A stretch of DNA of 64,000 nt from Octopus vulgaris (taxonomy: Eukaryota): assembly GCA_951406725.2 (NCBI GenBank), contig OX597814.1, positions 37,076,001-37,140,000 on the forward strand. The letters run 5' to 3'. The notes beneath the pieces are model-generated. The model was not told the DNA's origin and searched no databases. It saw only the letters and a program-made list of their open reading frames with translations. A program made the position numbers and the translations under genes. Each line of letters starts with the position of its first letter. Within the stretch, counting starts at the first letter, position 1. Below are positions 38,375 to 53,640 of the stretch, piece after piece.

Positions 38375-40159
38375 GTATACATATATGTATATTTGTGTAT
38401 GTCTGTCTGTTTGTTCAAGTATGTATTTTTTGCTGTTTGTTGTATGTCAGTATTCCTTTCGATTTGCCGATGGGTAGATTTGTCTACAAGCATAATGGCC
38501 TCGGAGTTAACTCTCAGTTTATGTCACCCTATATAAATTTCTCTGCAATCTGGTAACATGAGTGAAGGCGCAGTAGTTAGTGCTTATGCTAGTAAAAGAG
38601 TGGTGTCGAATTTTGTTATGTTCTTAAGCAAAATATTTCATTTCGCGTTTCTCCAGTTCACTAAGTTGCCAAAAACGATTAACCATGGAACGGAGCAGCA
38701 TCCCCTTCAAGGGATGAAGTATATGCACCACAAGAACCGGGAATCCGACACAATGACTCAGGAAGGATCTCTTTCGTTTTACCCAATTATCAAATGAAGC
38801 AGAATGCTATACGCGAGAACACCGGTCAGATATTAATGATATTGACGCATATCTAAATTCAGGGCGCACTACAAGTTTGCTGTATGGTAATTTTGTTTAT
38901 TCGTACTTTTCGAATTGTCGTTCGTCGTAAAAGCTCTCAAATTTACATTTATTCATAATTGAGAATGTGAATTTGTGATGATTGTACATATTCTATGACT
39001 GCAGCTTATTAATCGTGTTAGCGCTAAATTTCCTCACTTTCGTATATTGAAAGATATATGTTATTTTGGAAAGAATTAAAATTGTGTCTTGTGGAAAATC
39101 TGCTACCTATAATTAACACATAGACGAATATTCATGAAGTCTTGCAGTTTCAATCTACATAGACGCAAATTTTACTTCTTATGTTGTACATCATAAGGAG
39201 CTAATTAAACAATAATCACTTCGAAAAAGTTAGGGTGTTTGAGATTTGGTGTCAATAACATTAAATTACAATCTTGTGTCAATAAATAAGAATTTCTCTA
39301 TCAATAAATAGTAAATCTTATATTTATCGCTTTTCGAGAATCAGTTGTGCTGTCGTAGAATTCTACCTGATAATTTTCAATAACTACTGCAAGAATTATG
39401 ATTAGGATTAAGTAAATCAAGATACTGTAAACCGTATAATTATTTTCGTTTTAATGAGAAAACATTCAAGCTAATGCCAACGACTCATTTGTCTAAATTG
39501 ATTGGTTTGGTCTTTAATTGTATAAATCAGAGTTTCTGAAGCAGTAGTACACATTGTTAGCAATCACAGGTGAATTTTGTTTATTTTTATTTCAGGTGAG
39601 TTGAAGATTCAAACATTTTATTGTTGGTTATGTTGCTTCCATTCTGCTTTTATTTTGTCCTTCATATTATTGCTTTGGTTTTGGTTCTCTTTATGATATT
39701 TGCAGATGCGTTGCTGTTACATGTTATTACTTGACTAATTCTACCGCTCAATTTCCATATAGCGATATAAACCTTTGGAATGCATGCTAGTGGCAATCTA
39801 GCGGAAATGACATTCTTTTTAAGGTATTTCAAACATTTATTGATCTTGTTTATAATTATAGCAAAAGTAATGATAAAGTAATAATAAGAAGAAAATGAAG
39901 TCAGAAACAAGATTTTGTGAGATTTTCCAATTCAAGCGTATAAGAAGTCAGTAATTAAAATACTAGATAGGGAAAATCGAATTCGCTTACTTATTGAACA
40001 ATCTTGTCCATTCCACGATTATGCAAACAGCAGTAAAAAATACGACCCCTCAAAATTTTAGATTTTAGATGTAAATGTTGCACTTTTAACAGGTCAATCG
40101 CCAGAATTTGGTGATTACAAATCGGGTAAAAACGTTTTTCAAAATTTCTATTTTTTTAT

Positions 40160-40310
40160 ACCTTCCTCCCCTCCATCCCTTCTACTTCTTCCTCCTCTTC
40201 CCTTCCTCTTCCACCCCTCTTCCCTTCCTCTTCCACCCTTCTTCCCTTCCACTTCCACCCTTCTCCCCTTCCAATTCCTCCCTTCTTTCCTTCCACTTCC
40301 TCCTCCCCCT
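40160..40310. repeat. Polypyrimidine (CCT/CTT-rich) low-complexity tract
   Basis: About 150 bp, almost all C/T on the + strand. Confidence 0.9.
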
Positions 40311-40829
40311 CGTATGCAAATTGTTTTAAGAATTTTTTTAAACATCAGACATGTCGATTGCACAAAAATGCTCCTAATTTTTGCTTCTTCAACTCTCCTC
40401 TGTTTCGTATGATGCACCAACTACTAACTTTGAGCTTTACAATATAAGACAGTAAATCTTTGCTTTAGGATTATGGTAGATATTTAAGTTTAGGTTTATG
40501 GTTTACGGTTCGAGATTAGGGTTAAATGAAGAAGAGGTGTAATCTTACGTATTTTAGACAAAAATATGAAGAAATTGTTAAAAACCCAAATAGAATATAA
40601 ACACTAACAATTCTACAACATAATAATATTCAATTTTTATTATTGCACATTATTTTAATTCCATAACATTATTATAATCAATATACGGGCAAATTATTAG
40701 GTCTGGTCTACATTTAAACCAAATATATTAGGACAACTAATAAAGTTTGTGCTGATACTTAAAATTTACAAATTTATAAAATTATTGTAAGCCAATTTAA
40801 TTAACTAACATAAATATTATAGTCATCAA

Positions 40830-43050
40830 AATTTCATTAAAATATTTGGAAACTTCTTGACGTAGAAAAGAAATCCATGAATGCAAGTATAAAAAGTGTG
40901 CTTTTCCGTTGATGTGTCATAGAACGGCAATAGGGTATAAGCATATGAATCAGTGTTGAAAGAGATGACTTGCAATAAGCGTTGCTTGCAGCAACCGTAA
41001 TATACAACATACATTTTGTTGATATCTGAAAAACCAACCTTAAATGAATATAGTAAAGTGCAGATACATAATAGCTTCTTAGAGGTAATTTTTATAAAGT
41101 ATAATGTTTAGCAAGTTATAGGTTATTGTGAAATGAGTTGTCAAAATAGTTTATGCTGACGAGTTTACAAATAGGGGACAATCTTCAAACTTCTAAGAGT
41201 GCTTCTGGTTCAGGAGACAGGCTTCTATAGCTGCAAAAACTCTCGTTCCGAAGTTCTCCAATACAGTTTTCAAAATCATTGTTGTATATACGATTCAAAA
41301 GTACATATTTTTTATCAGAATCGTCATAACCTAGCGTTGATATTACTATTGATGATTGTATAATGTACACTGAAACTTTATGTGGGCGTTGAATAATATA
41401 TCAGTCATTTTCTAAATTCAATCTCTTTGTCTGAGATATGTACTGAAATTTTCTTTCAGAATATTCAATAGGTTATTTATAAGACACACGCATTCAGACA
41501 TGTCGCAGTCATGTGTTTGTTTTAATAAATTTGGTGCATCAAGAGCTTTCGGAATATCTTGACGAAGAATGGCAATAATGATAAATTTCCGGCTAGTAAT
41601 CTGTTTCAAAATTCCTGTTGCCTCAGTTCAGATGTCTATGTTAATACTGCCGGATTCTTCATTTCGAAGCACTTTAACTATGTGTTCATGATTGGTACGT
41701 ACAGTCGTAAGAATTACTAAATGTCCTGACCACTGTTGTTCCAATAAGAGCTTGAAAATTATACCATTATATTTAATAAACAACTATAGTCTACGCAGAA
41801 AGATATAAAGAGTTTTCAAAGCTCCTTCAAAAAGCAATCTGACCTCACTAATGTTTTCAAACGTGTGAACTACAACCAAATGGAAACGATGATTGAAGCA
41901 GTGCACATAGGGAATTTCCTTTCCAATTTTCAGTTACATTATTTTCTGAAAACAGCCAGTACAGCCAGACACTACTGAAGCACCACCATAGCACTAAGGT
42001 AAAATGCTTTCCGGTTTTAAACCAGCATTTTAAGTAATATGAAGAACTGCCTTATCCAAATTTCCAGACTTATAGTCTTAGCTCATAGTTAAAGCGTTAA
42101 GACGTTTTCACATGATCTTTGTTTTTACAAACCTCACAATTATAGAAATATTTGCGGCATTAGTAGGATAACTAGTTCTCTCAAATTTAATTGTGAAGAA
42201 AGCGATATTTGAATAACGAATATCATCACATTTGATTTAAAACATCTCTCATAAGTTTTATAATTTTGTATAACAGCCGATGTATACGACATTGCTCAGC
42301 ATCAGAGAAAATATTTACTTTAATTTTGGTATCATTTGTAACTGTATATTAAAAGGGCTGTAAAAATAATCCAGAAACTTCATTTTCTCTACCGCTGTCA
42401 AGACAGGCAAGGAAATATTCTCATTGTAATCACCCCGAAGTGAAAGTTCATTAACATATACAAATTCAATAACTTCTAAAATAGCTTATAAGTAATAGCA
42501 ACATTTTTTTCAGTTGATCTTCATTCACCAGTGTAGGAGAATCCTGGTGTGTTGTTTTGCCTTTCTGCTTTGACTGCAAAGTTTCAAAGTTTATGTACTG
42601 CAGAATTTCCATGCCTGCTAAAGCTTTTGCTTTATGGCAATATGCTACCTAGTATGTCCTTCAACTTGAAAACTATTTCAGTACTCTGGCTTGTACAAAA
42701 ATGACGACATAAATAGCAGAAAGCAGATTGAGATTGAACTGAAAGTTCTAGCCCTTGTCTACCATGGGATAACGAAGAACAGAGGTTTCGTAATTTTTTG
42801 TAATCTATTGCTTAGGAGATGCGCTGGAGCAGCCACTCTAACAGGCGGGGCTACACTATATAATTTTGGCTGACATGGCAACATATTTAATCAAGTTTGG
42901 GAGAGACATGATCTGTAGGTTGCATAACATCACCTGCTAAACAGGTTAGTGGATGATGTAATGTCACAGATTCACTTAACTGTGATTGATTTGAAATGAA
43001 AGAAATCTTCTCGGTTTCATCATTTTTGCAGTTTTGGAAGTCTTAGAATT
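40830..43050 (-). pseudogene. Decayed hAT transposase of ZMYM1/DUF4371 type
   Basis: Minus-strand pieces in the expected order: LELSVQSQSAFCYLCRHF (TTF-type Zn finger, ~42700-42755); LEVIEFVYVNELSLRGD (~42430-42480); GLFLQPF*YTV; FFTIKFERTSYPTNAANISIIVRFV (catalytic core start, ~42125-42200); ITVAASNAYCKSSLSTLIHMLIPYCRSMTHQRKSTLFILAF (hATC dimerisation, ~40880-41000). Confidence 0.85.
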
Positions 43051-43314
43051 TCCAAACGAAAACATAGACAAGATTGATCTTTGTGAATTCATTGGTTTTT
43101 AATTTGAATAGAAAACATCTTTTGTAGTTCAAGCAAAACAAACATAAAATCACTTTAAAGAAAATAAAACTAATAATATTTGTTTTCAAAAATTGAGTGT
43201 TCAAGGAATTTTTCATAGACTGGACGAAATGCTTGTTCCGACTCTATATTTTTTAAGCTATTGCATGATTCTGATCAGATAAATGATGTTTTATTTCACG
43301 CTATACACATCTTG

Positions 43315-43689
43315 AAAGAGAAATTAGCAAAATATGGAACATCAAGCCTAAAACAATACCTGTTGTCATAGGTGCCTTAGGAATGAGAGCAAAAGGCGTT
43401 GGTTGCAACCTAGCCCAAATAAAAGGAAACCCCAAAATGGTAGAAATTCAAAAGATAGTGCTCATGGAATCAGCCTATATCCTACGTAAAATACTCTCTA
43501 TGTAATCCCAAATTTTAAAATAAACTCATAATTTGTTAATGTTTTTTTTTAAACATTCTCTAGAACAATACTCTGTGCAAAATCAAATATATGACACCGC
43601 AAGTATAAGACCAATATGAACTTCTAACTTGAGGTCTCTGGGTGAGACTTGGAACCAATTTGTACAAATACAAAACAAAAGTCAAACTT

Positions 43690-43690
<1 letters not shown>
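43315..43690 (+). mobile_element. R4/Dong-like LINE 3' end (fragment 1) followed by (AAT)n
   Basis: IWNIKPKTIPVVIGALGM...EIQKIVLMESAYILRKILSM*, then a 3' UTR and an AAT/AAC tail to ~43780. Confidence 0.85.
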
Positions 43691-43720
<30 letters not shown>

Positions 43721-43869
43721 TAACGATAACAACAACAACAACAAAACAACAACAACGATAATAAAAATAATAATAATAACCTTGCAAAGATAAAACGCTA
43801 TACAAGAAATTGAAAACGAATGAAACTGAAAATAGGTGGGTAAAGAAACGAAGGTATGGTCAAGACAGA

Positions 43870-44545
43870 CCGAGAAACCCAAGAGCAAGCACTAAGAGCA
43901 AATTACATAAAATACAGAATAGGTAACACAGTAGAAAGTGATAAGTGCAGAAACTGTGGGAAAAAAGTGAAACCGTATGGCATATTACCAGTCAACGTAC
44001 GCCACTAGCCCAGAAGGAATGCAAGATACGCCACGACCATATAGCCAGGCTTGTTCAGTGGACATTTTGCACCAAGTATGGACTTGGCAGAGCAAAAATT
44101 GATAAGACCAATAACCTAAAGGCATCGTCGAAAATAGAAATGCAAAGATTCTGTGGGATTTTATGATTCAGTGCTACCATAAGATACAGAATAGGAAGCA
44201 GACATAGTATTAATTGAGAAACAAAACAAACTATGAGGATCATAGATATAGCATACCCAGCTGAAAACAAGGTATGCGATAAGGAAAAGAGAAAAGTCGA
44301 GAGATATGACAGGTTATCTTGGTCGATGAAAATGGTAGCAGTAGTACCAATAATTGTCGGAACCCTGGTAACCGTGAGCAAAAATCTTGAGAAGTACGGT
44401 GAACAAATAGGAGCTGCAAGAAGGGTGGAACACTTGCTGAAAAAGCACTGCTTGGAACCGCTCGTATACCCCGGGAAGTGCTCGAAAAATATGAGGCTCT
44501 TACCTTAGTCCACTGGTAGTGAACAGTTGACACTGTAGTACGTCT
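43870..44545 (+). mobile_element. R4/Dong-like LINE 3' fragment 2 (Zn knuckle + RLE)
   Basis: CRNCGKK..ETVWHITS..LAQKECKIRHD, ILWDF, IIDIAYPAENKVCDKEKRKVERY, VVPIIVGTL; followed by (ACT)n(AAT)n at 44568-44722. Confidence 0.88.
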
Positions 44546-44568
44546 CCAGCGTTAGAATCTGTGCAAAT

Positions 44569-44599
<31 letters not shown>

Positions 44600-44621
44600 G
44601 ATAATAATAATAATAATAAGG

Positions 44622-46101
<1,480 letters not shown>

Positions 46102-46127
46102 ATAAATAATAATAATAATTATAATAT

Positions 46128-46310
46128 AAATCTTTTCTGCTCTAGGTCCGAATTTTTCGAGGGAGGAGTTCAGGTTCTTAATTTGTTGACACCGAAAGGA
46201 TGAAATTCAATGTCGACAGCGATGGTATTTGAACTCGGAAAGTAAAATGTAGTAGAAATCCCGCTAAGCATTTCACCTGGCATGTTAACGACCCTGCCAC
46301 ATCGTCGCCA
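46128..46310 (-). mobile_element. SINE family A, diverged
   Basis: ccgaaaggatgaaa...gtcgac...tttgaactc...gctaagcattt...ctgcca. Confidence 0.75.
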
Positions 46311-46339
46311 TATTACTACTACAACTACTACTACTACTG

Positions 46340-46402
<63 letters not shown>

Positions 46403-46432
46403 ATAATTTTACGTATACTGATAATAATAAAG

Positions 46433-46470
<38 letters not shown>

Positions 46471-46471
<1 letters not shown>

Positions 46472-46573
46472 TGCCTAGTGTACCCTTATCAGACGGGTAG
46501 TCATGATGGGTATATTGGGCTTCGTATATTTTACCCCAGTGTCACTTTGATGGCATGCACTGCTCTCTCACAC
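46471..46573 (+). mobile_element. Short retroelement 3' end within (AAT)n
   Basis: gggcttcgtatattttaccccagtgtcactttg also occurs at ~27005-27038; flanked on both sides by AAT repeats. Confidence 0.6.
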
Positions 46574-46611
<38 letters not shown>

Positions 46612-46621
46612 TAATAATAAA

Positions 46622-47770
46622 TCAAGTATGGGTTGAAATGTATAATACTATTGTAAATCATCTGTTGTATATGGACGATCTGAAGTTGTTTGCTAGAAAC
46701 GACGAAGAGCTACTCGGCCTGTTAACAACTGTTAAAGAGTGCAGCAATAACACTAGAATGGATTTTGTAATTGGCAAGCTCAAGTAAACAGTTTCCATTA
46801 AATTAGATACCGAGACATCCATCAAGGAGCTTGACTCCCAAGAAAGCTATAAATACCTTGGAATAAACGAAGATGGTATAAAACATGCTACTATAAAGGA
46901 GAAAATACGAAAGGAGTACCACAGAAGAATACGACTCACACTAAAAACAAAACTTAACTCGAAAAATCGCATCGAAGCCATTAACACCCTGGCACTTTAA
47001 TTAGTCCAATACAGTTTTAACATCATTAACTCAAACAGCTGGACAATAAGAGAAGACAACTATTAACATCTAAGAACATGCACCACCCAAAAGCAGACGT
47101 TGATCGTCAGTACCTATCTTGAAGTAATGGGGGAAGAGGAATGATGCGGATAGAACTGTGCCATAAGGCCTCCATAATAGCAATGAAGAAGTACATATCT
47201 AGTGCCGAGGACTGGATGCTGCAGCAGGTGTGCAAAAACGACTGCAGCAAAAAATCACATTGTATTGTCAAAAAAGTCTGAAAATTATCAAGGGAAATTG
47301 GCATTAACCCTGAATTTGATAAAGAGCCTGAAACCACTGCCACGAAAAATGCAAAACGTATCAAACGGACTGCAAAAAGAACCCGCAGAAACAAATTGAT
47401 GATGGATGTAGCCAGAAGCTTCTCCATGTACAGTATACACTTCGGAACCGGAATGCTGATGTAGACAAATCAACAACACATCAGTGGCTCAGAAGATTAG
47501 TACTGAAAGCAAAGACCGAAGATTTCATATTGACGGCACAAGTTCAAAGTTTCCTTACAAAAAACTACCAGGTTAAAGTTTTTCAAACGCTTCTGTTCCT
47601 TAAATGAGATTCTGTGATGAATTCGATTAAACAATAAACCCTCTCGACTTGGTATGTCCTATGCTGACACTAAACGAATAAAAATTCGCCACGATAGTTT
47701 ATGACAGTATTTACATTGGAAAACATGTAAACACTACAAAATCAGCAATCCTACCTACAAGTATGAACAT
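46622..47770 (+). mobile_element. R4/Dong-like LINE RT-region fragment 4, decayed
   Basis: VNHLLYMDDLKLFARND, SYKYLGI, KEYHRRIR, IEAINTLAL, MHHPKADVDR, THQWLR, RHD; starts right after (AAT)n. Confidence 0.9.
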
Positions 47771-47952
47771 CATTTAACTCATTAATATGTCTTCTGTACT
47801 AGTAAGAATACTTATTTTTACATGGATCACTAGAAAAAGGCAATATTGACACTTGTATGTTTCACTCATGAAGACGGTCGATCTTTCAAACTGTTTTGCT
47901 TACATCGTATTACAAAGTATTTATTGTTATTGCTAATATTTCGTTGGTAGTT

Positions 47953-48165
47953 AAGGCGGCGAACTGGAAGAATCGTAATCACGTCGGGCAAAATGCTTAG
48001 CGGTATTTCATCCGTCTTCACATCTTCAGTTCAAATTCTACAGTGGTCGACGTGGCATTTCATCCTTTCGAGGTCGCTAAAATAAGTGCCAATTGTGTAT
48101 AGAGACCGATGTAATCAACTTACATCCTCCTCGGAAATTGCTGGTCTTAAGCCAAAATTTGAAGC
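47953..48165 (+). mobile_element. SINE family A, diverged
   Basis: aaggcggcgaactgg...gcaaaatgcttagcggtattt...agttcaaatt...catcctttcg. Confidence 0.85.
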
Positions 48166-51100
48166 CAATGTTTCGCTGTTAGGTACAGTTGAGTTCGAAT
48201 AATCTAATTTGACGTTTATAAATGCTAAAAATTTTATGATTTTTAGAGGATTAAATTTAGCCTATATTTATTTTAAGAAAAAACATTTCTTCAGCGTTTT
48301 TCGTGTGTTCATGTTCTTTCTCCGTCATAAAAAACCTATAAAGCTTAACTTTATAACGGTGTGGATTTAGCGTGCAGTGGTTCTTTGCTGAAAAAGATCT
48401 AAAAAATTTATATTTTATTCAGACGTTCTTGGTAAATATCCAAAATTCTAAGCGTGAAATGAAGACAAATCTACCGGTGGCAACATTGGGCAGCTTGAGC
48501 AGCAACAGCAACTAAAATTGCAAGAAGTAGTAGTAATAGTAGTCGTATTAGTAGTCGTAGCAGCAGCAGCAGCAGTTTATGTTATAGTAGTAATTGTGGA
48601 GGTGATGGTAGCAGTAGTAATAGTACTGACAGTTGTGGTAGCAGTCATGGTCTTACCAGTAGTAGAGATGGTAGTTGAAGTTGTGGTCGTGTTGGTAGTA
48701 GTAGTAAAATGGGAAGAGAAAGACAAGAGAAAATGCAATGCAACAACACACAAATGTCAACGCCAAGCCATAGATGTTATGAAACAGAAATATACGAATT
48801 ATTTCACATTTAATGTGCTGCCTAAAAGGCTGAGGAATACCGAAACTAGGACACCTATTGACCTGCGAAAAAGTGTTTTTCTTTTTTTATTTTGCAAAAT
48901 TATGTAAAAGCCTTTTTTCTAATTTGAGATTTGTTATCAGTAAATCCTTTAATATCGTGCTTGCTTATTAAATTAGCAGCTATAAAGATTTAGGTAACAA
49001 TAATTGTAATATTTATGATAAACAGTAATATCCGAGGACATTTCATGTTGAAACTGAAAATTGTAAGATGAAATTGTACATTTTTCTGAAGAATTTGAAA
49101 TGTTAAAGTACACATTGATTGTATTGAAATGCAACCTCAAGAATAAAATCTCTGGAAGCTATATTCTTAGGTATTATACTTTGTAGGTTGTTTTCTATTA
49201 TTTCTTTCACATTACATCAAGAAGTTAGCAATATCAATTATGGATCAAAATCGAAGACAATTTTATTGTTATTCGGCTACAGTATGTCGGTGAAGTTTTA
49301 ACAAGTCTTAATACGGATATTTCAAATAAAAAAATATAGGATTGTTGGAAGTTTTAACTGAACCATGAAAAACAATTTATTTTGAAAGTGTAGTATTTCC
49401 ATCTTGAGATTCTACAAAGTCTACGTGAGTAATATTGAAGTTGAAGTAGTTGGAGAAAACTATATACATTGTAACACAATTGTCATCTCTTTTACTGTGA
49501 GAGTTGTAAATTATTACTTCTCTATCTTTCTGTTAAGGAGTGAAAGTACTCTCGTAAGCGTATGAGAAAATACTATATCAAGTATTTTTGTAAATCCATT
49601 GTACAATATATTATTAAAACTATTTGAAATATTTTCCAAAAATTATGTATGGAGCAAATGCTTAAAGCAAATTTAACTATAAATTGAATGCAAAAATATT
49701 CTGTATGATATTATTTTATTTTGCTCTGTCAATCGTAGTAGTACTTTCCCACATCTCAATATTCTGTGAATGGACATATAGTAATCCTTTAGACGTTGTC
49801 AAGAAAGTCAACCATTATTACTTACATATATATTTTTTGCACACATAGAAAGGGTTTTGATGTAATTTACCGCCAGTTGGTGAATAGATAAGAATGAAAA
49901 AGAATTATTTCAAAAAATATATATCACTCTATTTTCATTTGAATTAACACCAGTATACTATTTATTTAATGAATACGGTTTGAAAAGTAATTAAAAAATC
50001 AATAATTGATGCCATAATTGATGGTTTCATTATTGTATCAGTTGAATCATTATACCGTTTACTATCATTATTATAATTGTATGCCATTAGTTGAGGACTT
50101 CCTTTATGTACAATACTTTAACATATTTTTTCACATTCTTTTCCTTCCATTTTCATATTACCTATACTTCCAAAAACGCCTGTTAGTTTTCTGGCTTTAG
50201 GGAATGCAACGAATTACTGTCCACGCATAAATACTTGCTTAGGTACAAACACCTATATCTTTGACCCTTAGACTTATAAATTGACCTTGAGTAATATATA
50301 ACAGGAAACTCTAGTTCCTTGTGAAGTAAAAGGTCAATTTGTTGCGCCTAGAGTAGAAAACAAAAAGTTACCTTGTTACGGCGGGTATCAGTTTAATTTT
50401 GTGTATCCGTGTTCACCCACAATGCAAAGTTCTACTTATTTGGAAACGTTTACAGCAATTACTATACGGTTTCTAGTTTTTTTGAAGTAGACAAAACCCT
50501 AGTTATTGCGCAATACCATTATAAGTACTTCTATTTTAAAATCTAAATTGTGGTGGCATTCTAGATAGGGTAACTGACATTGATACTGACGTTGTGTCGC
50601 ATTCTTTATTTGCCTTATCTTTTTACAAACAATTTGATCTACACTAAATTACTTTTCATCATTTTATGTTAGACGTTCTAAAATCTCCACAAGTAAAGAA
50701 ATACATCCTAGATATGCTAGTTCTCTTTCTGTAATGCTTCTCTGAAAGAATATGATTTACTATAGAATCTTCAATGCATATATAGTACGGTACTTCAAAA
50801 TTATCTGTTGTTAATTCAGATGTAATACGAGTGGTAACATCTCAAGCAGAGACAACTGATTTACCGAGATCCTTTGTTTTTATATCTCTCATATTTTGGG
50901 TCAGACAGTATATTCTGAAGTTCTGCGGCGGAGGCGATCATTGAAAGCATATATGAATAGTAGCGATCGTTTCTGCTTATGGGAGAATAAATATAACTTG
51001 TTTATAACCCCACGACCTATAAGATGAACGTTACACAAAAATCAGTGCTGATATCAATAATATTGAGAAGGACTTTGGCGATGATATGAATGGAAAAATT

Positions 51101-51294
51101 AGGTGACATAGTTGCTTTATCAATGTGAATAAAAATCTGATGTCTTAAGAGGAGGCTTTCCCAACGATAAGTAATATATTACAACCATCAACATTGTCCT
51201 AAGCGTTCGTAAATACAAAGTAAAATCGAACAACAACAAATATAACAAAAATAACAACAACAACAACAAGAATATCATCAATAATAACAACAAT

Positions 51295-51715
51295 AATGGC
51301 TTCAAATTTTGGCACAAGGCCAGCAAATTCGAAGACGGCGTAGTCAATTACATCTACCTCAGATAAAAACTGTCATCCCACAAAGGATGAAAGGCAAAGT
51401 TGACCTCAGCGGAATTTGAACTCAGAACTTTAAACTGGACAAAATGCCGATGAGCATTTTGCCAGACGTACTAACGGTTCTGCCAGCTCACCACCTTGAT
51501 GATGCTAATAACAATAATCCTTTCTACTATAGGTACAAAGCCTGACATTTTTGTGCGTGTGTGTGTAGGGCAGATAGTTGATTATATCGACACCAATACT
51601 CAACTGGTACTTATTTCATCGATACCGAAGGATGAAAATTAAAGTTGAACGTGATGGAATTTGAACTCTGAACGTAAAGAGGAACGAAATACTGCTAAGC
51701 ATTTTGCCCGGCTGA
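51295..51715 (-). mobile_element. Two adjacent SINE family A copies
   Basis: Copy at ~51295-51497 (aaggatgaaaggcaaagttgacctc...ctgccagctcacc) and copy at ~51515-51715. Confidence 0.82.
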
Positions 51716-52873
51716 AATAGATTCTGTTGTATCATCTATAGTTATAAGTCAACCATTGGACATTTTTAGCCATTTTCAATCCATCACGTAGATGTGCTTG
51801 CATTCCTTTGTAGCACTTCACAATATCATCAATGGCATGCCCTTACTGCTGGAAACGTGGTTCTAGAAGGGTGAGTGATAACAAGAAATGAAGTGAAATT
51901 TGAATCAGTGATGTGTTTTTATTATTGGCATAATCACTTCGGAGATATATCAAAATGTATGAATTTTAAATTCCTTCCCTAAATTTAACTAACCGTGAAG
52001 TAAACACCTTTGCCCCATGCTTTTCTACTACTTTCTTCCTTTCCATTCATGTCACCTGAACCTAGCCAGCATCATTACCCTTTAAACATTGCTTATCTGT
52101 TTCAATTTTTCTGATCCTAACAACCAATAAAACAAATTTAATTTAACCCTTCTCCCGTTGCCTACTTTTTAAATCAACGTTCCACACATCGTGTAAACAT
52201 ACCAGTAAACATTAGTCTCTTAGTTTTTTGCAGCAATAAAGTTATGCACGCTCGGTTAAGATAAGGAATTTCTTTTCTGAAACTTAACTTCCTCTCCATG
52301 CATTCATTGTTTTTATATGCATAGCTCCACATTAAAAATATACAACACTTTTGCTGTTTTGATGACTGAGACGCACTCATATAAGACTCACGTATATATT
52401 TTTTTAGCTCTACGATTCACATTGAAGAAATTTTGAAATATATATTATTAAACCACCCTAAACTTAGAGAGTGTCTATCATATATCATTGACGCAGTTGT
52501 TTAAAGGCTGCGGATTCATAAATATTTCGTACGTACATTAGCCTCTAAAAAATTTACATACGCTATAATAAATGTACTCACAATCAAGACTCGAATAGCT
52601 GCATTTAAAATATTAAAATTTAAAACAGAAATTTACAGACAGTGCGGACAGTTTGGTGACGTTTTGGAGCATAGACTAAAGATTCTTCTCTTATGTAACC
52701 CTATCTCAGACATACATGCTAAAATGTGTTTTTTATTTGCTAATGAATGTTTAGTCATTTTGAGATTACTGACATATTTACTCAAGTATGCATAGATGTA
52801 TATATATTTTACACAATCAGAATATAGCAGATATTTACCAAAAGTGGCTGAACTCAGCATCCCTAATCATACC

Positions 52874-53094
52874 TATTTCTTTACTACCCACAAGGGGCTA
52901 AACACAGAGAGGACAAATGAGGACCGACAAACGAATTAAGTCGATTATATCGACCCCAGTGCGTAACTGGTACTTATTTTATCGACCCCGAAAGGATGAA
53001 AGACAAAGTCGACCTCGACGGAACGTAGCGGCAGACGAAATACGGCTACCGATTTTGCCCAGCGTGCTAACAATTCTGCCAGCTCGCCGCCTTA
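52874..53094 (-). mobile_element. SINE family A with 13-bp TSD
   Basis: ccctaatcatacc at 52861-52873 and 53095-53107. Confidence 0.93.
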
Positions 53095-53314
53095 CCCTAA
53101 TCATACCATAATTTTGCCCAACTACTGAGCGTCAAAGTAATACATTTGCTTGTTGTTCATGCACCTGTTTTCGCCTTTGGTTTTTTTATACATTTCATCT
53201 ACACACACATGCACAGGAACACGCACAGGAACACGCACACACACACACTGTCTAGAGGTAACAAAGGCTCAACCATATAATGTAAAAATTCAGATAATGT
53301 TAGCAATTTATTGC

Positions 53315-53640
53315 GGAGGTGGGAGGTTTAATACTTAGAGTATTCGCCTCATGATAATAGGTACGTGAGTTCGATTCGTTGTGGAGCCTCTTTGTTTCCA
53401 TAAGATTGACACTTTATTTCACGTAGTTCTAGTCCATTCAGTTAGACAAAATAATGTTTACCTATAACTGAAAGAGCTAGACTTGTCACAAACTGTGTCA
53501 TGCTGAATCTCTCTGAGAATTACGTTGACAGCATGCGTGTTATTTGAGCGGTAAGCCACTTGAACGTTAATTTCAAAAGCAGGCTGTTCCGTTGATCGGA
53601 GCTGCAAGAACACTCATCGTCGTCACCGCTGAAATGTCAG
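53315..53640 (+). mobile_element. Diverged tRNA-derived SINE sharing the family C tail
   Basis: GAGTTCGATTC B box; agccacttgaacgttaatttca is the near reverse complement of 23471-23492. Confidence 0.6.

Noticed and set aside
40465-40525. TTAGGG-like hexamers suggesting an interstitial telomere
   Set aside because: Only one exact TTAGGG; too degenerate and more likely transposon subterminal sequence.
50278-50340. 11-bp inverted repeat aaattgacctt / aaggtcaattt containing nuclear-receptor half-sites
   Set aside because: Short, widely spaced and expected by chance or from old repeats.
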